Source of the DNA: an uncultured Gemmatimonadales bacterium
GTDB taxonomy: Bacteria; Gemmatimonadota; Gemmatimonadetes; Longimicrobiales; RSA9
Assembly (NCBI GenBank): GCA_963816355.1
Contig: CAWFKH010000006.1
Span: forward strand, 320,001 to 384,000
Reading direction: 5' to 3'
Length of the DNA stretch: 64,000 nt
Shown: piece by piece, positions 28,951 through 37,900 of the stretch
Layout of the letters: each line of letters starts with the position of its first letter
How positions within the stretch are numbered: the first letter of the stretch is position 1
Translations under genes and position numbers: made by a program
The notes under the pieces: generated by a model
What the model saw: the letters and a program-made list of their open reading frames with translations, nothing else
What the model was told of the DNA's origin: nothing
The model's database searches: none

Positions 28951-29763
28951 ATGTCGCAACTTCCGCCGGCCACGACCGAGGGCTGGTACGCGCTGCACCA
29001 GGTGTTCGGGGTGGATTGGGCCGCGTGGCACGGAGCGGACGCCGCGGCGCGGGGCGACGCGGCAGAGGCGGCGCGCCGTCTGCTGGGCGAGCTCGCCGCG
29101 CCGGGCGAGCCAGGCTGGAGCGCGGCGTTCCAGTTGATCGGTGGCGGGGCGGACGTGATGCTGGTGCACTTCCGCGAGACGCTGGAGGCGCTGGGGCGGG
29201 CGGAGCTGGCGGTCCGGCGCTCCGGCGTGGGCGGCCTGCTGCGGTTGGAATACGACTTCACGTCGGTGACGGAGGCGGGCCTGTACAACGCGACAGTGCA
29301 GGCGGTGGAGGCGGCGGAGCCGCGCTCGAAGGAGTACGAGCGGCTGGTGGAGGAGATCGTCGCGGCGGAGCGGCCGACGCGCTTCATCCGGAGCCGCCTC
29401 TTCCCGGAGATCCCGGAAGGGATGCGCTATGTCAGCTTCTATCCGATGACGAAGCGGCGGGCGTACGGTCAGAACTGGTACGAGCTGACGGTGGAGGAGC
29501 GGAACCGGCTGATGCGAGAGCACGGTCTCTCCGGCCGCCGCTACGCGGGGCGCATCTTCCAGGTGATCACCGGCGCGGTGGGCTTCGAGGACTGGGAATG
29601 GGGCGTGACCCTGTTCGCGAAGGATCCGCTCGAGTTCAAGCGGATCGTGACGGAGATGCGCTACGACGAGGCGAGCGCCCGCTACGGTGAGTTCGGCGAC
29701 TTCTTCGTCGGCGTGCGGCTGGAGGAGGAGGGGTTCGCGGCGCTTCTGGCGCCCGCATCGTAG
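28951..29763 (+). CDS. hemQ: Coproheme decarboxylase (HemQ/ChdC), chlorite dismutase superfamily
   Basis: EGWYALH..DW N-terminus, YPMTKRR..NWY, LMREHG..GR.Y, QVITG..GFEDWEWGVTLF, EMRYDEASARYGEFG.F.VG. Confidence 0.85.
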   Translation: MSQLPPATTEGWYALHQVFGVDWAAWHGADAAARGDAAEAARRLLGELAAPGEPGWSAAFQLIGGGADVMLVHFRETLEALGRAELAVRRSGVGGLLRLEYDFTSVTEAGLYNATVQAVEAAEPRSKEYERLVEEIVAAERPTRFIRSRLFPEIPEGMRYVSFYPMTKRRAYGQNWYELTVEERNRLMREHGLSGRRYAGRIFQVITGAVGFEDWEWGVTLFAKDPLEFKRIVTEMRYDEASARYGEFGDFFVGVRLEEEGFAALLAPAS

Positions 29764-29944
29764 GCGGCGGCCCGCGTCGGCAGCGTCCGCGCGACGCGGC
29801 GGGACCGGCCGCGAGCTCGGGGTGCGGAGGGGTGCGACGCGCACTGGCCGCCCCGCAGGTGGCCTCGTATGTTTCCAGCAGGCGCCTTTCCGGCGACCCG
29901 GCCGGAAGGATGTCGCCCTCCCAACGCAGATCCTGCGGATCCGA

Positions 29945-30349
29945 GTGAACGTTCCCGATCGCCGCAGCGCGCTGATCCTCGTCGTCGAACGCGACCCGCA
30001 CGTGCGCGAGCTCGAGGCATACTTCCTCGCGGAGGCGGGCTATGCCGTCGAGTTCTGCGACGACGGCACGGCGGCGCTCGAGCGGGCACGGGCCATGCGG
30101 CCGGCGCTGGTGATCACGGAGATCCTGGTGCCGAAGCTGGACGGGCTCGCGCTCTGCCGCAGGCTCAAGGCGGACTCGGCGACGGCGGGAGCGGCCGTGC
30201 TCGTGTTCAGCATCCTCATGGCGGAGGGACGGGCGAGGGAGGCGGGTGCGGACGCGTTTCTGCGCAAGCCGCTCGCGGAGCGCAGGCTGGTCGACACCGT
30301 GCGGGATCTGATCGCGCTGCGCGAACCGAGTGCCGCGGAGGACGCATGA
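29945..30349 (+). CDS. Stand-alone receiver domain protein with Glu at the phosphoacceptor position
   Basis: ILVVERD..., LVITEILVPKLDG, GADAFLRKP. Confidence 0.8.
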   Translation: MNVPDRRSALILVVERDPHVRELEAYFLAEAGYAVEFCDDGTAALERARAMRPALVITEILVPKLDGLALCRRLKADSATAGAAVLVFSILMAEGRAREAGADAFLRKPLAERRLVDTVRDLIALREPSAAEDA

Positions 30350-31755
30350 AGAGAGACCCGGGCGGCGATGGATCGTCCACGCAGGATCTCCCGCGGGTGG
30401 GCACCGGCAACGAGGCGGCGGATCGTATCCTGCACGGCGGCTTCCCGGGAAACTCGATCAACCTGATCATGGGTCAGCCGGGGACGGGGAAGACGATCTT
30501 CGTCGAGCAGCTCATCTTCCACAACGCGGAAGCATCCCGGCCCACGCTCTACCTCACCACGCTTTCGGAGCCGCTGAGCAAGGTCGTGCGTTACCTGCAG
30601 GGCTTCCGCTTCTTCGACGCGGCGAAGCTCGGCACGGCGGTCGTCTACGACGACGTCGGACCCGCACTCGCGCGCGACGGCGTCGGCGCGCTGGAGGCGC
30701 GGCTGCGCGCGGCGATCCAGACGATGTCGCCCGGGATCATCGTAATCGACTCGTTCAAGGCGATCCACGATCTCGGTGCTCCGACCCCCGAGATGCGGCG
30801 CCTGGTGTACGACATCACCGGCCTGCTGGCCGCCTACGACACGACGGTCTTCCTGGTCGGCGAGTACCTCGAAGCGGACATTGCCCAGTATGCCGAGTTC
30901 GCCGTCGTCGATGGAATCGTCGAGTTGACGCAGCGCCGAACGAGCAAGCAGGCCGAGCGTTACCTGCGCGTGCTGAAGCTGCGCGGCAGCGGCTTCGAGG
31001 AGGGGGCGCACGCGTTCCGCATCGGAGATGCGGGGCTGGAGATCTTCCCGCGCCTGGTCAGCCCGCCGGCGCCGCAGACGTACGAGTTGCCGGCGGAGCG
31101 GGTGTCGAGCGGCGTGGCGGAGCTGGACGCGATGCTGGACGGCGGCCTGTGGCGCGGCAGCACGACGCTGCTGGCCGGGCCCTCCGGCTCGGGAAAGACG
31201 ACGCTGGGCCTGCAGTTCGCGCTCGCGGGCGCGTCGCTGGGCGAGCCGGTCCTCTACGTCAACTTCCAGGAGAACCCCACGCAGCTATCCCGCACGATCA
31301 ACGTCCTGCAGATGGGATTCGATGCGAGCCAGGAGGACCTCGAGCTGCTGTACGCGTCGCCGGTCGAGTTCCAGATCGACAGCATCGTCGGCGAGATCTT
31401 CCGCCGCATCGAGAAGAAGGGGATCCGTCGGCTGGTCGTGGACGCGGTCGGCGATCTCGCCGCTTCGGCGAGCGACCCGCAACGTTTCCACGACTACATG
31501 TACGCGCTGGTGCAGCACTTCACGACGCGCAGCGTGAGCACCATCCTCACCGTGGAGACGTTCGCGCACGCGTTCCACGGCCAGCTTCCGCACGCGGGGC
31601 CGATCAGCTACATGTGCGACAACATCGTCCTGCTCGAGATGAGCGGCGAGGAGCGGACGCGGCGGACGCTTCGCGTCGTCAAGACGCGGGGAAGCGCGCA
31701 CGACGCGAGGGTCCGTGAAATCGAGATCGGACCCGGCGGTATCCGCGTCGGCTGA
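30346..31755 (+). CDS. KaiC-like duplicated RecA-fold ATPase
   Basis: Two Walker A motifs (GQPGTGKT, GPSGSGKT), KLRGS and KTRGS motifs, FPRL linker, ISYMCDNIVLL. Confidence 0.88.
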   Translation: MKRDPGGDGSSTQDLPRVGTGNEAADRILHGGFPGNSINLIMGQPGTGKTIFVEQLIFHNAEASRPTLYLTTLSEPLSKVVRYLQGFRFFDAAKLGTAVVYDDVGPALARDGVGALEARLRAAIQTMSPGIIVIDSFKAIHDLGAPTPEMRRLVYDITGLLAAYDTTVFLVGEYLEADIAQYAEFAVVDGIVELTQRRTSKQAERYLRVLKLRGSGFEEGAHAFRIGDAGLEIFPRLVSPPAPQTYELPAERVSSGVAELDAMLDGGLWRGSTTLLAGPSGSGKTTLGLQFALAGASLGEPVLYVNFQENPTQLSRTINVLQMGFDASQEDLELLYASPVEFQIDSIVGEIFRRIEKKGIRRLVVDAVGDLAASASDPQRFHDYMYALVQHFTTRSVSTILTVETFAHAFHGQLPHAGPISYMCDNIVLLEMSGEERTRRTLRVVKTRGSAHDARVREIEIGPGGIRVG

Positions 31756-31772
31756 GACGGAGGGCCACCACC

Positions 31773-32966
31773 ATGACTTCGCGCTTCACCGAGCTCGACC
31801 GCGCCGGCCAGGTGCGCGGCCTCACCGAGATCAGCCGTGCGCTGACCTACGCGACGTCGCTCGAAGAGGTGCTGCAGGTCGCGATCGAGCGCGCCGTGGA
31901 GATGCTGGGCGTCGAACGGGCCGTGCTCATGGTGGCGGACGACGATGGGCTGCTCCGCATCCGCGCCGCCCGCGGCATCGATGACGCGCGCGTGCAGCGT
32001 TTTCGCGAGCCACTCGACGAGCGGCTGATCGAGCGGCTGCAGGGCCTCTTCGAAACCGTCGCGGCGGACCGCTTCCTCGGCGTGCCTCTCGTCGCACGCG
32101 GGCGCGTGATCGGACTGCTCGCGGTGGTGCCCGACGACGATCGCATCCCCGCGGACGCGGACGAATGGCTCCTCTCCGCGATCGCCGACCAGGCGGCGGT
32201 CGCGATCGAGCACGCCCGCCTCGAGGGCCAGGTCCGGCGCGAGATCGAGGAGCGCCTCGAGATCCTGGAGGGCGCGACGAAGTCGAAAGAACGCACGCTC
32301 GCGACCCTCGCCCACGAGATGCGGACGCCGATGAACGCGATCGATTCCTACGCCGAACTGATGGAGATGGGCCTGATGGGGCCGGTCACCGAGCGGCAGG
32401 CGGAGGCGCTCGGTCGCATCCGCATGAGCGGCCGCCACCTGCTCGCGGTCCTCGAGAACGTCCTCGAGATGGCCCGCCTCAGCGCCGGCGTCGCCCGGCT
32501 CGACGCGGTGCGCGTCGACGTGGGCCGCGTGCTGCGCCAGGCGGTGCAGCTCGTGCTGCCGCGGGCCGCCGAGAAGGAGATCCGGATCCACGCCGCCGAC
32601 GGCCCCGAGATCTCCGTTCTCGCCGACCCCGCGCGCCTGCGGCAGGTGATCATCAACGTCCTCGACAACGCCGTGAAGTACACGCCGCCGCGGGGCCACA
32701 TCCGCATCACGACGTCGCTCGACGAGAGCGGCGACGCGCCGTTCTGCGTCATCGCCATGGAGGACTCCGGCCCCGGCGTCCCACGCGACCTGCGCAAGCA
32801 CATCTTCGAGCCGTACTACCGCATCGCCGGCACGGAGTCTCCCTCCGGCTCCGGCCTCGGCCTCGCGATCTCGAGCGAGCTGCTGCGCCAGATGGGCGGC
32901 ACGATCGACGTGACCGGCGAGCCCGGCGAAGGCGCGACGTTCAGGTTACGCCTGACGCTCGCCTGA
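31773..32966 (+). CDS. Cytoplasmic GAF-domain sensor histidine kinase
   Basis: GAF domain (GVPLVARGRVIG, IADQAAVAIE), H box AHEMRTP, N box NAVKYT, DSGPG, GSGLGL; no TM helices. Confidence 0.9.
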   Translation: MTSRFTELDRAGQVRGLTEISRALTYATSLEEVLQVAIERAVEMLGVERAVLMVADDDGLLRIRAARGIDDARVQRFREPLDERLIERLQGLFETVAADRFLGVPLVARGRVIGLLAVVPDDDRIPADADEWLLSAIADQAAVAIEHARLEGQVRREIEERLEILEGATKSKERTLATLAHEMRTPMNAIDSYAELMEMGLMGPVTERQAEALGRIRMSGRHLLAVLENVLEMARLSAGVARLDAVRVDVGRVLRQAVQLVLPRAAEKEIRIHAADGPEISVLADPARLRQVIINVLDNAVKYTPPRGHIRITTSLDESGDAPFCVIAMEDSGPGVPRDLRKHIFEPYYRIAGTESPSGSGLGLAISSELLRQMGGTIDVTGEPGEGATFRLRLTLA

Positions 32967-33385
32967 AGCTCGCCTGGCGGCGAGGGAAGCTCGCCTGGCG
33001 GCGAGGGAAGCCCGCCTTGCGGCGGGGGAAGCTCGCCTTGCGGCGAGGGAAGCTCGCCTTGCGGCGAGGTCCCGCCTTGCGGCGGGGGAAGCTCGCCTTG
33101 CGGCGAGGGAAGCTCGCCTTGCGGCGAGGTCCCGCCTTGCGGCGGGGGAAGCTCGCCTTGCGGCGAGGGAAGCTCGCCTTGCGGCGAGGTCCCGCCTTGC
33201 GGCGGGGGAAGCTCGCCTTGCGGCGAGGTCCCGCCTGACGGCGGAGGAAGCTCGCCTGCGGCGAGGGCCCGCCTGACGGCGGAGGAAGCTCGCCTGCGGC
33301 GAGGGCCCGCCTGACGGCGGGGGAAGCTCGCCTGCGGCGAGGGCCCGCCTGACGGCGGGGGAAGCTCGCCTGCGGCGAGGGCCCG
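32966..33385 (+). repeat. Tandem array of ~21 short palindromes (REP/BIME-like)
   Basis: Units CTCGCC-N3/4-GGCGAG and CCCGCC-N4-GGCGGG joined by GGAAG or GT/GG; higher-order 60-bp then 38-bp periods. Confidence 0.85.
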
Positions 33386-33410
33386 GCTTAATCCAGCAAC
33401 TGGGTGCTGC

Positions 33411-33612
33411 GGAGTTTCCCCTGCGCAGCAGGCCCCCGGCGGAGCCGGCTTCCCTCGCCGTCAGGCGAGCTTCCCCTGCGCAGCAGGCCCCCGGCGGAGC
33501 CGGCTTCCCTCGCCGTCAGGCGAGCTTCCCCTGCGCAGCAGGCTTCCCTCGCGTCAGCGAGCTTCCCTCGCCGCCAAGGCGAGCGTCAGCTTCCCTCGCC
33601 GCCAGGCGAGCG
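33411..33612 (-). repeat. Second palindrome array in the opposite orientation, overlapping the 3' end of the RND gene
   Basis: GCTTCC-linked hairpins CTCGCC-GTCA-GGCGAG, CCTGC-GCA-GCAGG and CCGGC-GGA-GCCGG. Confidence 0.75.
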
Positions 33613-36600
33613 CCGGGGCCGACGAGCCATGTGCGCAGGCGCGTTGCGGCGGCGTCGAGGATCAGGTAGGCGCTCGGCACGACGAAGAGGGTGAGCAGGG
33701 TCGAGACGCTGAGGCCGCCGACGACGGCGATGGCGAGCGGCTGCATCAGCTCCGAGCCGCTGCCGATGCCGAAGGCGAGCGGCAGCATGCCGAAGATCGT
33801 CGTGAGCGTCGTCATGAGGATCGGTCGGAGGCGGACGGCGCCGGCCTCGACGACGGCCTGCTCGCGGGTGAGCCCCTGTTCCCGCCGGCCGATCTCGATG
33901 TACTCCACCAGCAGGATCGCATTGTTGACGACGATGCCGGCGAGCAGGATGACGCCGAGCAGGACCGGCGCGCTGAGCGGCGTGCCGGTGACGCGCAGCA
34001 GCAGTCCCACGCCGATGAGCGAGAGCGGAATGGCGAGGATGATGACGAACGGGTTGACGACGCTCTCGTACTGCACCGCCATCACGACGAAGACGAGGAA
34101 GATGGCGAGCAGGACGACGATGGTGAGCTGCCGGTTGTTGTCGCGGATCGCCTCCTCGTCGCCGCCGAAGATGATGCCGTAGCCGTCGGGAACGGCGAGG
34201 CCGGCGAGTCGGGCGCGGATCGAGTCGTTCACCTCGCCGACGCTCGCGACCTCGGTCACGACGTCGCCGGTGAGGCGCAGCACGCGGTTCTGGTTGACGC
34301 GCAGGATGTTGGTCGGGCCGAGCGCGTTGTAGACGCGTGCGACGTCGCGCAGGTAGATCGGCGCGCCGCCGGCGCCGCCGGGGAAGAGCGCGACGGAGCC
34401 GAGGTCCTCGGGGCTGCGGAAGCGGTCGTGCGGGAACATGACGCGCAGGTCGTACTCCTGGTTGCCGGACGTGTAGCGGGTGGCGACGGTGCCGTCGAGC
34501 GCGGTGCGCAGCGTCTGTCCGACGGCGGCGACGCTGAGGCCGAGGTAGGCCGCGCGTTCGCGGTCGAGCACGACGGCGAGCTGCGGGCTCGCCTCGTCGG
34601 CGGAGGGTTCGAGGTTCTCCAGGCCGGGCACGCCTTTGACGCGCGCACTGATCTCCTCGCCGATGCGGCGCAGCTCCGGCAGCGCGTCGCCCTGAACGCT
34701 GAGCGCGACGGAGGAGCCGGCGCGCGAGGTGCGCAGGCCGCGGATGCGGGGCGGCCGGACGTAGACGCGAGCGCCGGGAAAGCCGTGCGCGTCGATCTTC
34801 GCCTGGAGCTGCCGCACCCACTCGTCGGCCGTGATGTCGCGTTCGTTGGAGGGTGCGAGGACGATGCTGATCGAGCCGCGTCCCGCGTTCTCGCTGGTCG
34901 AGCCACCGAAGAGGAAGCCGCCGGCGGTGGCGAAGACGTTCTGCACGGCAGGCATGTCGCGCACCATCGCCTCGATCTCGCGCGTGATGCGGTCGGTCTC
35001 GAAGGCGGAGGCGCCGGGCGGCAGGTTGACGGAGACGCTGACGTTGCCGTCGTCGACCTGGGGCAGGAACTCGTTGCCGAGGTCGCGCGCGAGGAAGAGG
35101 GCGAGGGCGAGCGCGGCTGCGGCGCCGCCGAGGATGGCCCAGCGCCAGCGGGCGAGGCTGCGCGCGGCGGCGCGGCGGTAGAGATCGCGCAGGCGGTCCA
35201 TGCCGCGGTCGAAGGCGACGAGCGGCCGCCAGCGCTTGAGTCCGCTCTCGAAGCGGATCTTGCCGAGCTGCGCCGAGAGCATCGGCACGATGGTGAGCGC
35301 GACGCCGAGGCTGGCCAGGATGGCGAAGGAAATTGTCAGGATCAGCTCGCGGAAGATGAGCGCTGCGAGGCCGCTGATCAGCAGGAACGGCACGACGGCG
35401 GCGAGGTTGGTAGCCGTCGAGGCGACGACGGCGCTCTGCACCTCTCCGGAGCCGGTGTGGGCGGCCTCCTCGACGTCCTCGTGGCGCTGTTCCCTGTGCC
35501 GGAAGATGTTCTCCAGCATGACGATCGAGTTGTCGATGAGCAGCCCCACGCCGAGCGCGAGGCCGCCGAGCGACATCACGTTCAGCGTCAGGTGGCCCAT
35601 GCCCATCATCACGAACGTCGCCAGGATCGCGATCGGGATGGCGAGCCCGATGATGAACGTCTTGCGCAGCGAGCCGAGGAAGAGCAGCACGACGAGCATG
35701 GCGAGCAGGGCGCCGAGCAGCGCGGCGCTGCGCACGGACGCGACCGAGTTGCGGATGAAGGTCGCCTGGTCCTGAATCGTGCGGAAGTCGATGTCGGGCG
35801 GCACGAAGCCGGACGCCTTGAGCGAGGCGAGGCGGCCGGCGACGCCGCTGGCGACGGCCACGGTGTTGGCGTTCGGCTGTTTGCGGATCGACAGCTTGAC
35901 GGCGGGGGTGCCGTCGAGGCGTGCCCACAGCCGCTGCTCGCGGTTGGTGTCGCGGACGTCGGCCACCTCGGTGATCGGGACGCGGCCGCCGCCGGCGACG
36001 GGGAGCAGCACGTTCTGGATGTCCTCGACGCTGCGGAACTTGCCGGCGGTCTTGCCGATCACCTCGCGGGTCGGCGAGGAGACACGCCCGGCGGCGACGT
36101 CCTGGTTGGCGGCACGCACCGCGTCGATCACCTGGGACACGGTGAGGCCGTAGGAGCGCAGCCGTTCCTGGTCGAGGATCACCTGGATCTCGCGGATGAG
36201 GCCGCCCGAGATGTCGACCGAGGCGACGCCGCCGATCGTCAGCAGCTGCGGGCGAAGGCGGTACTCGACCCAGTCGCGCAGCGCGATCAGGTCACGCGTG
36301 GGCGACGAGAAGGCGACCTCGTAGACCGGCGACTGCGACGGGTCGAACTTGAAGATGGTGGGCGGATCGGCCTCCTCCGGCAGCGAGCCGCGGGCGCGGT
36401 CGAGGTTCTTCGCCGCGTCCTGCAGCGCGAAATCGACGTCCGTGCCGTAGGCGAAGTGGAGGTTCACGCCGACGCGGTCCTCGCGCACCTCCGTCTCCAT
36501 CTCTTCGAGGTCTTCCGTCGTGGCGAGCGCGGCCTCGAGCGGCTTCGCGACCGTCTCTTCGAGGACCTGCGGCTCCACGCCGCGGTCGCTGACCGAGATG

Positions 36601-36770
36601 CGGATCTGCGGGTAGACGATCGTCGGCAGCAGGTCGAGGGGCAGCCCGCGCAGGAAGAAGAAGCCGAGCACGACGACGACGGACGTCAGCATCAGCGTGC
36701 CGATCGGGCGGCGGATCGAGAAGCTCGGCAGCCCGCGACGGCCGCTCTGGCGCTTCCGCGGCGCGCTCAC
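33516..36770 (-). CDS. RND efflux transporter permease (AcrB/AcrD/AcrF family)
   Basis: SIRRP, LDLLP, GLLIDNSIVMLENI, FLPQVDDG, GIVVNNAILLVE, RLRPILMTT. Confidence 0.93.
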   Translation of the reverse strand: MSAPRKRQSGRRGLPSFSIRRPIGTLMLTSVVVVLGFFFLRGLPLDLLPTIVYPQIRISVSDRGVEPQVLEETVAKPLEAALATTEDLEEMETEVREDRVGVNLHFAYGTDVDFALQDAAKNLDRARGSLPEEADPPTIFKFDPSQSPVYEVAFSSPTRDLIALRDWVEYRLRPQLLTIGGVASVDISGGLIREIQVILDQERLRSYGLTVSQVIDAVRAANQDVAAGRVSSPTREVIGKTAGKFRSVEDIQNVLLPVAGGGRVPITEVADVRDTNREQRLWARLDGTPAVKLSIRKQPNANTVAVASGVAGRLASLKASGFVPPDIDFRTIQDQATFIRNSVASVRSAALLGALLAMLVVLLFLGSLRKTFIIGLAIPIAILATFVMMGMGHLTLNVMSLGGLALGVGLLIDNSIVMLENIFRHREQRHEDVEEAAHTGSGEVQSAVVASTATNLAAVVPFLLISGLAALIFRELILTISFAILASLGVALTIVPMLSAQLGKIRFESGLKRWRPLVAFDRGMDRLRDLYRRAAARSLARWRWAILGGAAAALALALFLARDLGNEFLPQVDDGNVSVSVNLPPGASAFETDRITREIEAMVRDMPAVQNVFATAGGFLFGGSTSENAGRGSISIVLAPSNERDITADEWVRQLQAKIDAHGFPGARVYVRPPRIRGLRTSRAGSSVALSVQGDALPELRRIGEEISARVKGVPGLENLEPSADEASPQLAVVLDRERAAYLGLSVAAVGQTLRTALDGTVATRYTSGNQEYDLRVMFPHDRFRSPEDLGSVALFPGGAGGAPIYLRDVARVYNALGPTNILRVNQNRVLRLTGDVVTEVASVGEVNDSIRARLAGLAVPDGYGIIFGGDEEAIRDNNRQLTIVVLLAIFLVFVVMAVQYESVVNPFVIILAIPLSLIGVGLLLRVTGTPLSAPVLLGVILLAGIVVNNAILLVEYIEIGRREQGLTREQAVVEAGAVRLRPILMTTLTTIFGMLPLAFGIGSGSELMQPLAIAVVGGLSVSTLLTLFVVPSAYLILDAAATRLRTWLVGPGARLAAREADARLGGEGSSLTRGKPAAQGKLA

Positions 36771-37900
36771 CCCTCGCCTCCCACCGCCGCGCCGCGCGCG
36801 TCCGCGGGCGCTGGAGCGGCGGTGCCGGGCGGCATGATGCGCACCGGCGTGCCGTCGCGCAGCGCGTTGTTGCCCGCGGTCACCACCTGCTCGCCTTCGG
36901 AAAGGCCGGCCAGGACCTCGACGCGCCCGTTCGACGTCATCCCGGTCGAGACGGAGCGGCGCAGCGCCTTGCCGTCCTCGACCACGAACACCGCGTCGGA
37001 GCCCGCGCCGCCCACGATGGCGCCGGCGGGGACGAGGAGCACGCCGTCCTTGGCGTCGAGCGCGAACGTGGTGCGCGCGAGGAAGCCGGGCCGTACCAGG
37101 CGCGTCGCGGCGCCGGCGAGCGCGACCTCCACCGTGACCAGACGCGTGTTCGGGTCGGCGGTGGGGAAGACGCGCCGGATGCGCCCGACGATCGGCGTCG
37201 TCGGCAGCGCGTCGACCACGATCTCGACGCGGTCGCCCGCGTGCAGCTCCGGCACGTCCAGCTCGGAGACGCCGACCTGCACCACGAGTGTCGAGACGTC
37301 GGCGATGGTGAAGAGGTGCGTCTGCGGCGCGACGGCGTCGCCGGCCTCGACGAGCTTCTGCGTGACGACGCCGCTGAGCGGCGCGCGCACCGTGGCGTAC
37401 GAGATGCGCGTGCGGATCTGGTCGAGCTGCGCCTTCGCGGACGCGAAGGCGGTGCGGTCGCGTTCGAACTCGGGCAGCGTGATGACCTTGCGCTCACGCA
37501 GCTGCGTGGAGCGGTCGAGCGCGGCCCGGGCGACGTCGTACGCCGCCTGCGCCGCGTCGAGCTGCGCCTGCAGCTCGGCGTCGTCGAGCCGCGCCAGCAC
37601 GGCGCCCTGCCGGACGCGGTCCCCCTCCTGCACGTTCACGGCGGTGAGCGCAGCGGAGAGGCGGCTGTTGACCGCGATCTCGCGCAGCGGGTGCACGACG
37701 CCGGCCACCGTGAGCGAGCGCGCGATCGTGCCGCGCACCACGGGCACCGCCTCGACCGCGACCACGCGTGCCCCGGCGGGGCCGCCGACGCGCGACGCGG
37801 CCTGCTCGGCCGCGTCGCCCTCGCCGCACGCCGCGGCGAGCGCGACCACGCCGGCGAAGGATAGCGCCGCGAGAGCGCGGGAAGACGACGATCTATTCAC
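36767..37900 (-). CDS. RND periplasmic adaptor (membrane fusion protein), lipoprotein
   Basis: Lipobox AAAC, VQEGDRV..G.VLARLD, VRAPLSGVV, GLSEGEQVV. Confidence 0.92.
   Translation of the reverse strand: MNRSSSSRALAALSFAGVVALAAACGEGDAAEQAASRVGGPAGARVVAVEAVPVVRGTIARSLTVAGVVHPLREIAVNSRLSAALTAVNVQEGDRVRQGAVLARLDDAELQAQLDAAQAAYDVARAALDRSTQLRERKVITLPEFERDRTAFASAKAQLDQIRTRISYATVRAPLSGVVTQKLVEAGDAVAPQTHLFTIADVSTLVVQVGVSELDVPELHAGDRVEIVVDALPTTPIVGRIRRVFPTADPNTRLVTVEVALAGAATRLVRPGFLARTTFALDAKDGVLLVPAGAIVGGAGSDAVFVVEDGKALRRSVSTGMTSNGRVEVLAGLSEGEQVVTAGNNALRDGTPVRIMPPGTAAPAPADARGAAVGGEG

Noticed and set aside
28951..29763. Chlorite dismutase (perchlorate respiration)
   Set aside because: No signal peptide, no catalytic Arg and no reductase genes; motifs match HemQ/ChdC.
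30346..31755. Circadian clock kaiC
   Set aside because: No kaiA or kaiB nearby, SY instead of ST sites, no EE motifs and no C-terminal tail; it fits the signalling-associated KaiC-like group.
32966..33612. CRISPR array
   Set aside because: The palindromic units are contiguous with no unique spacers, only 17-21 nt long, and there are no cas genes.
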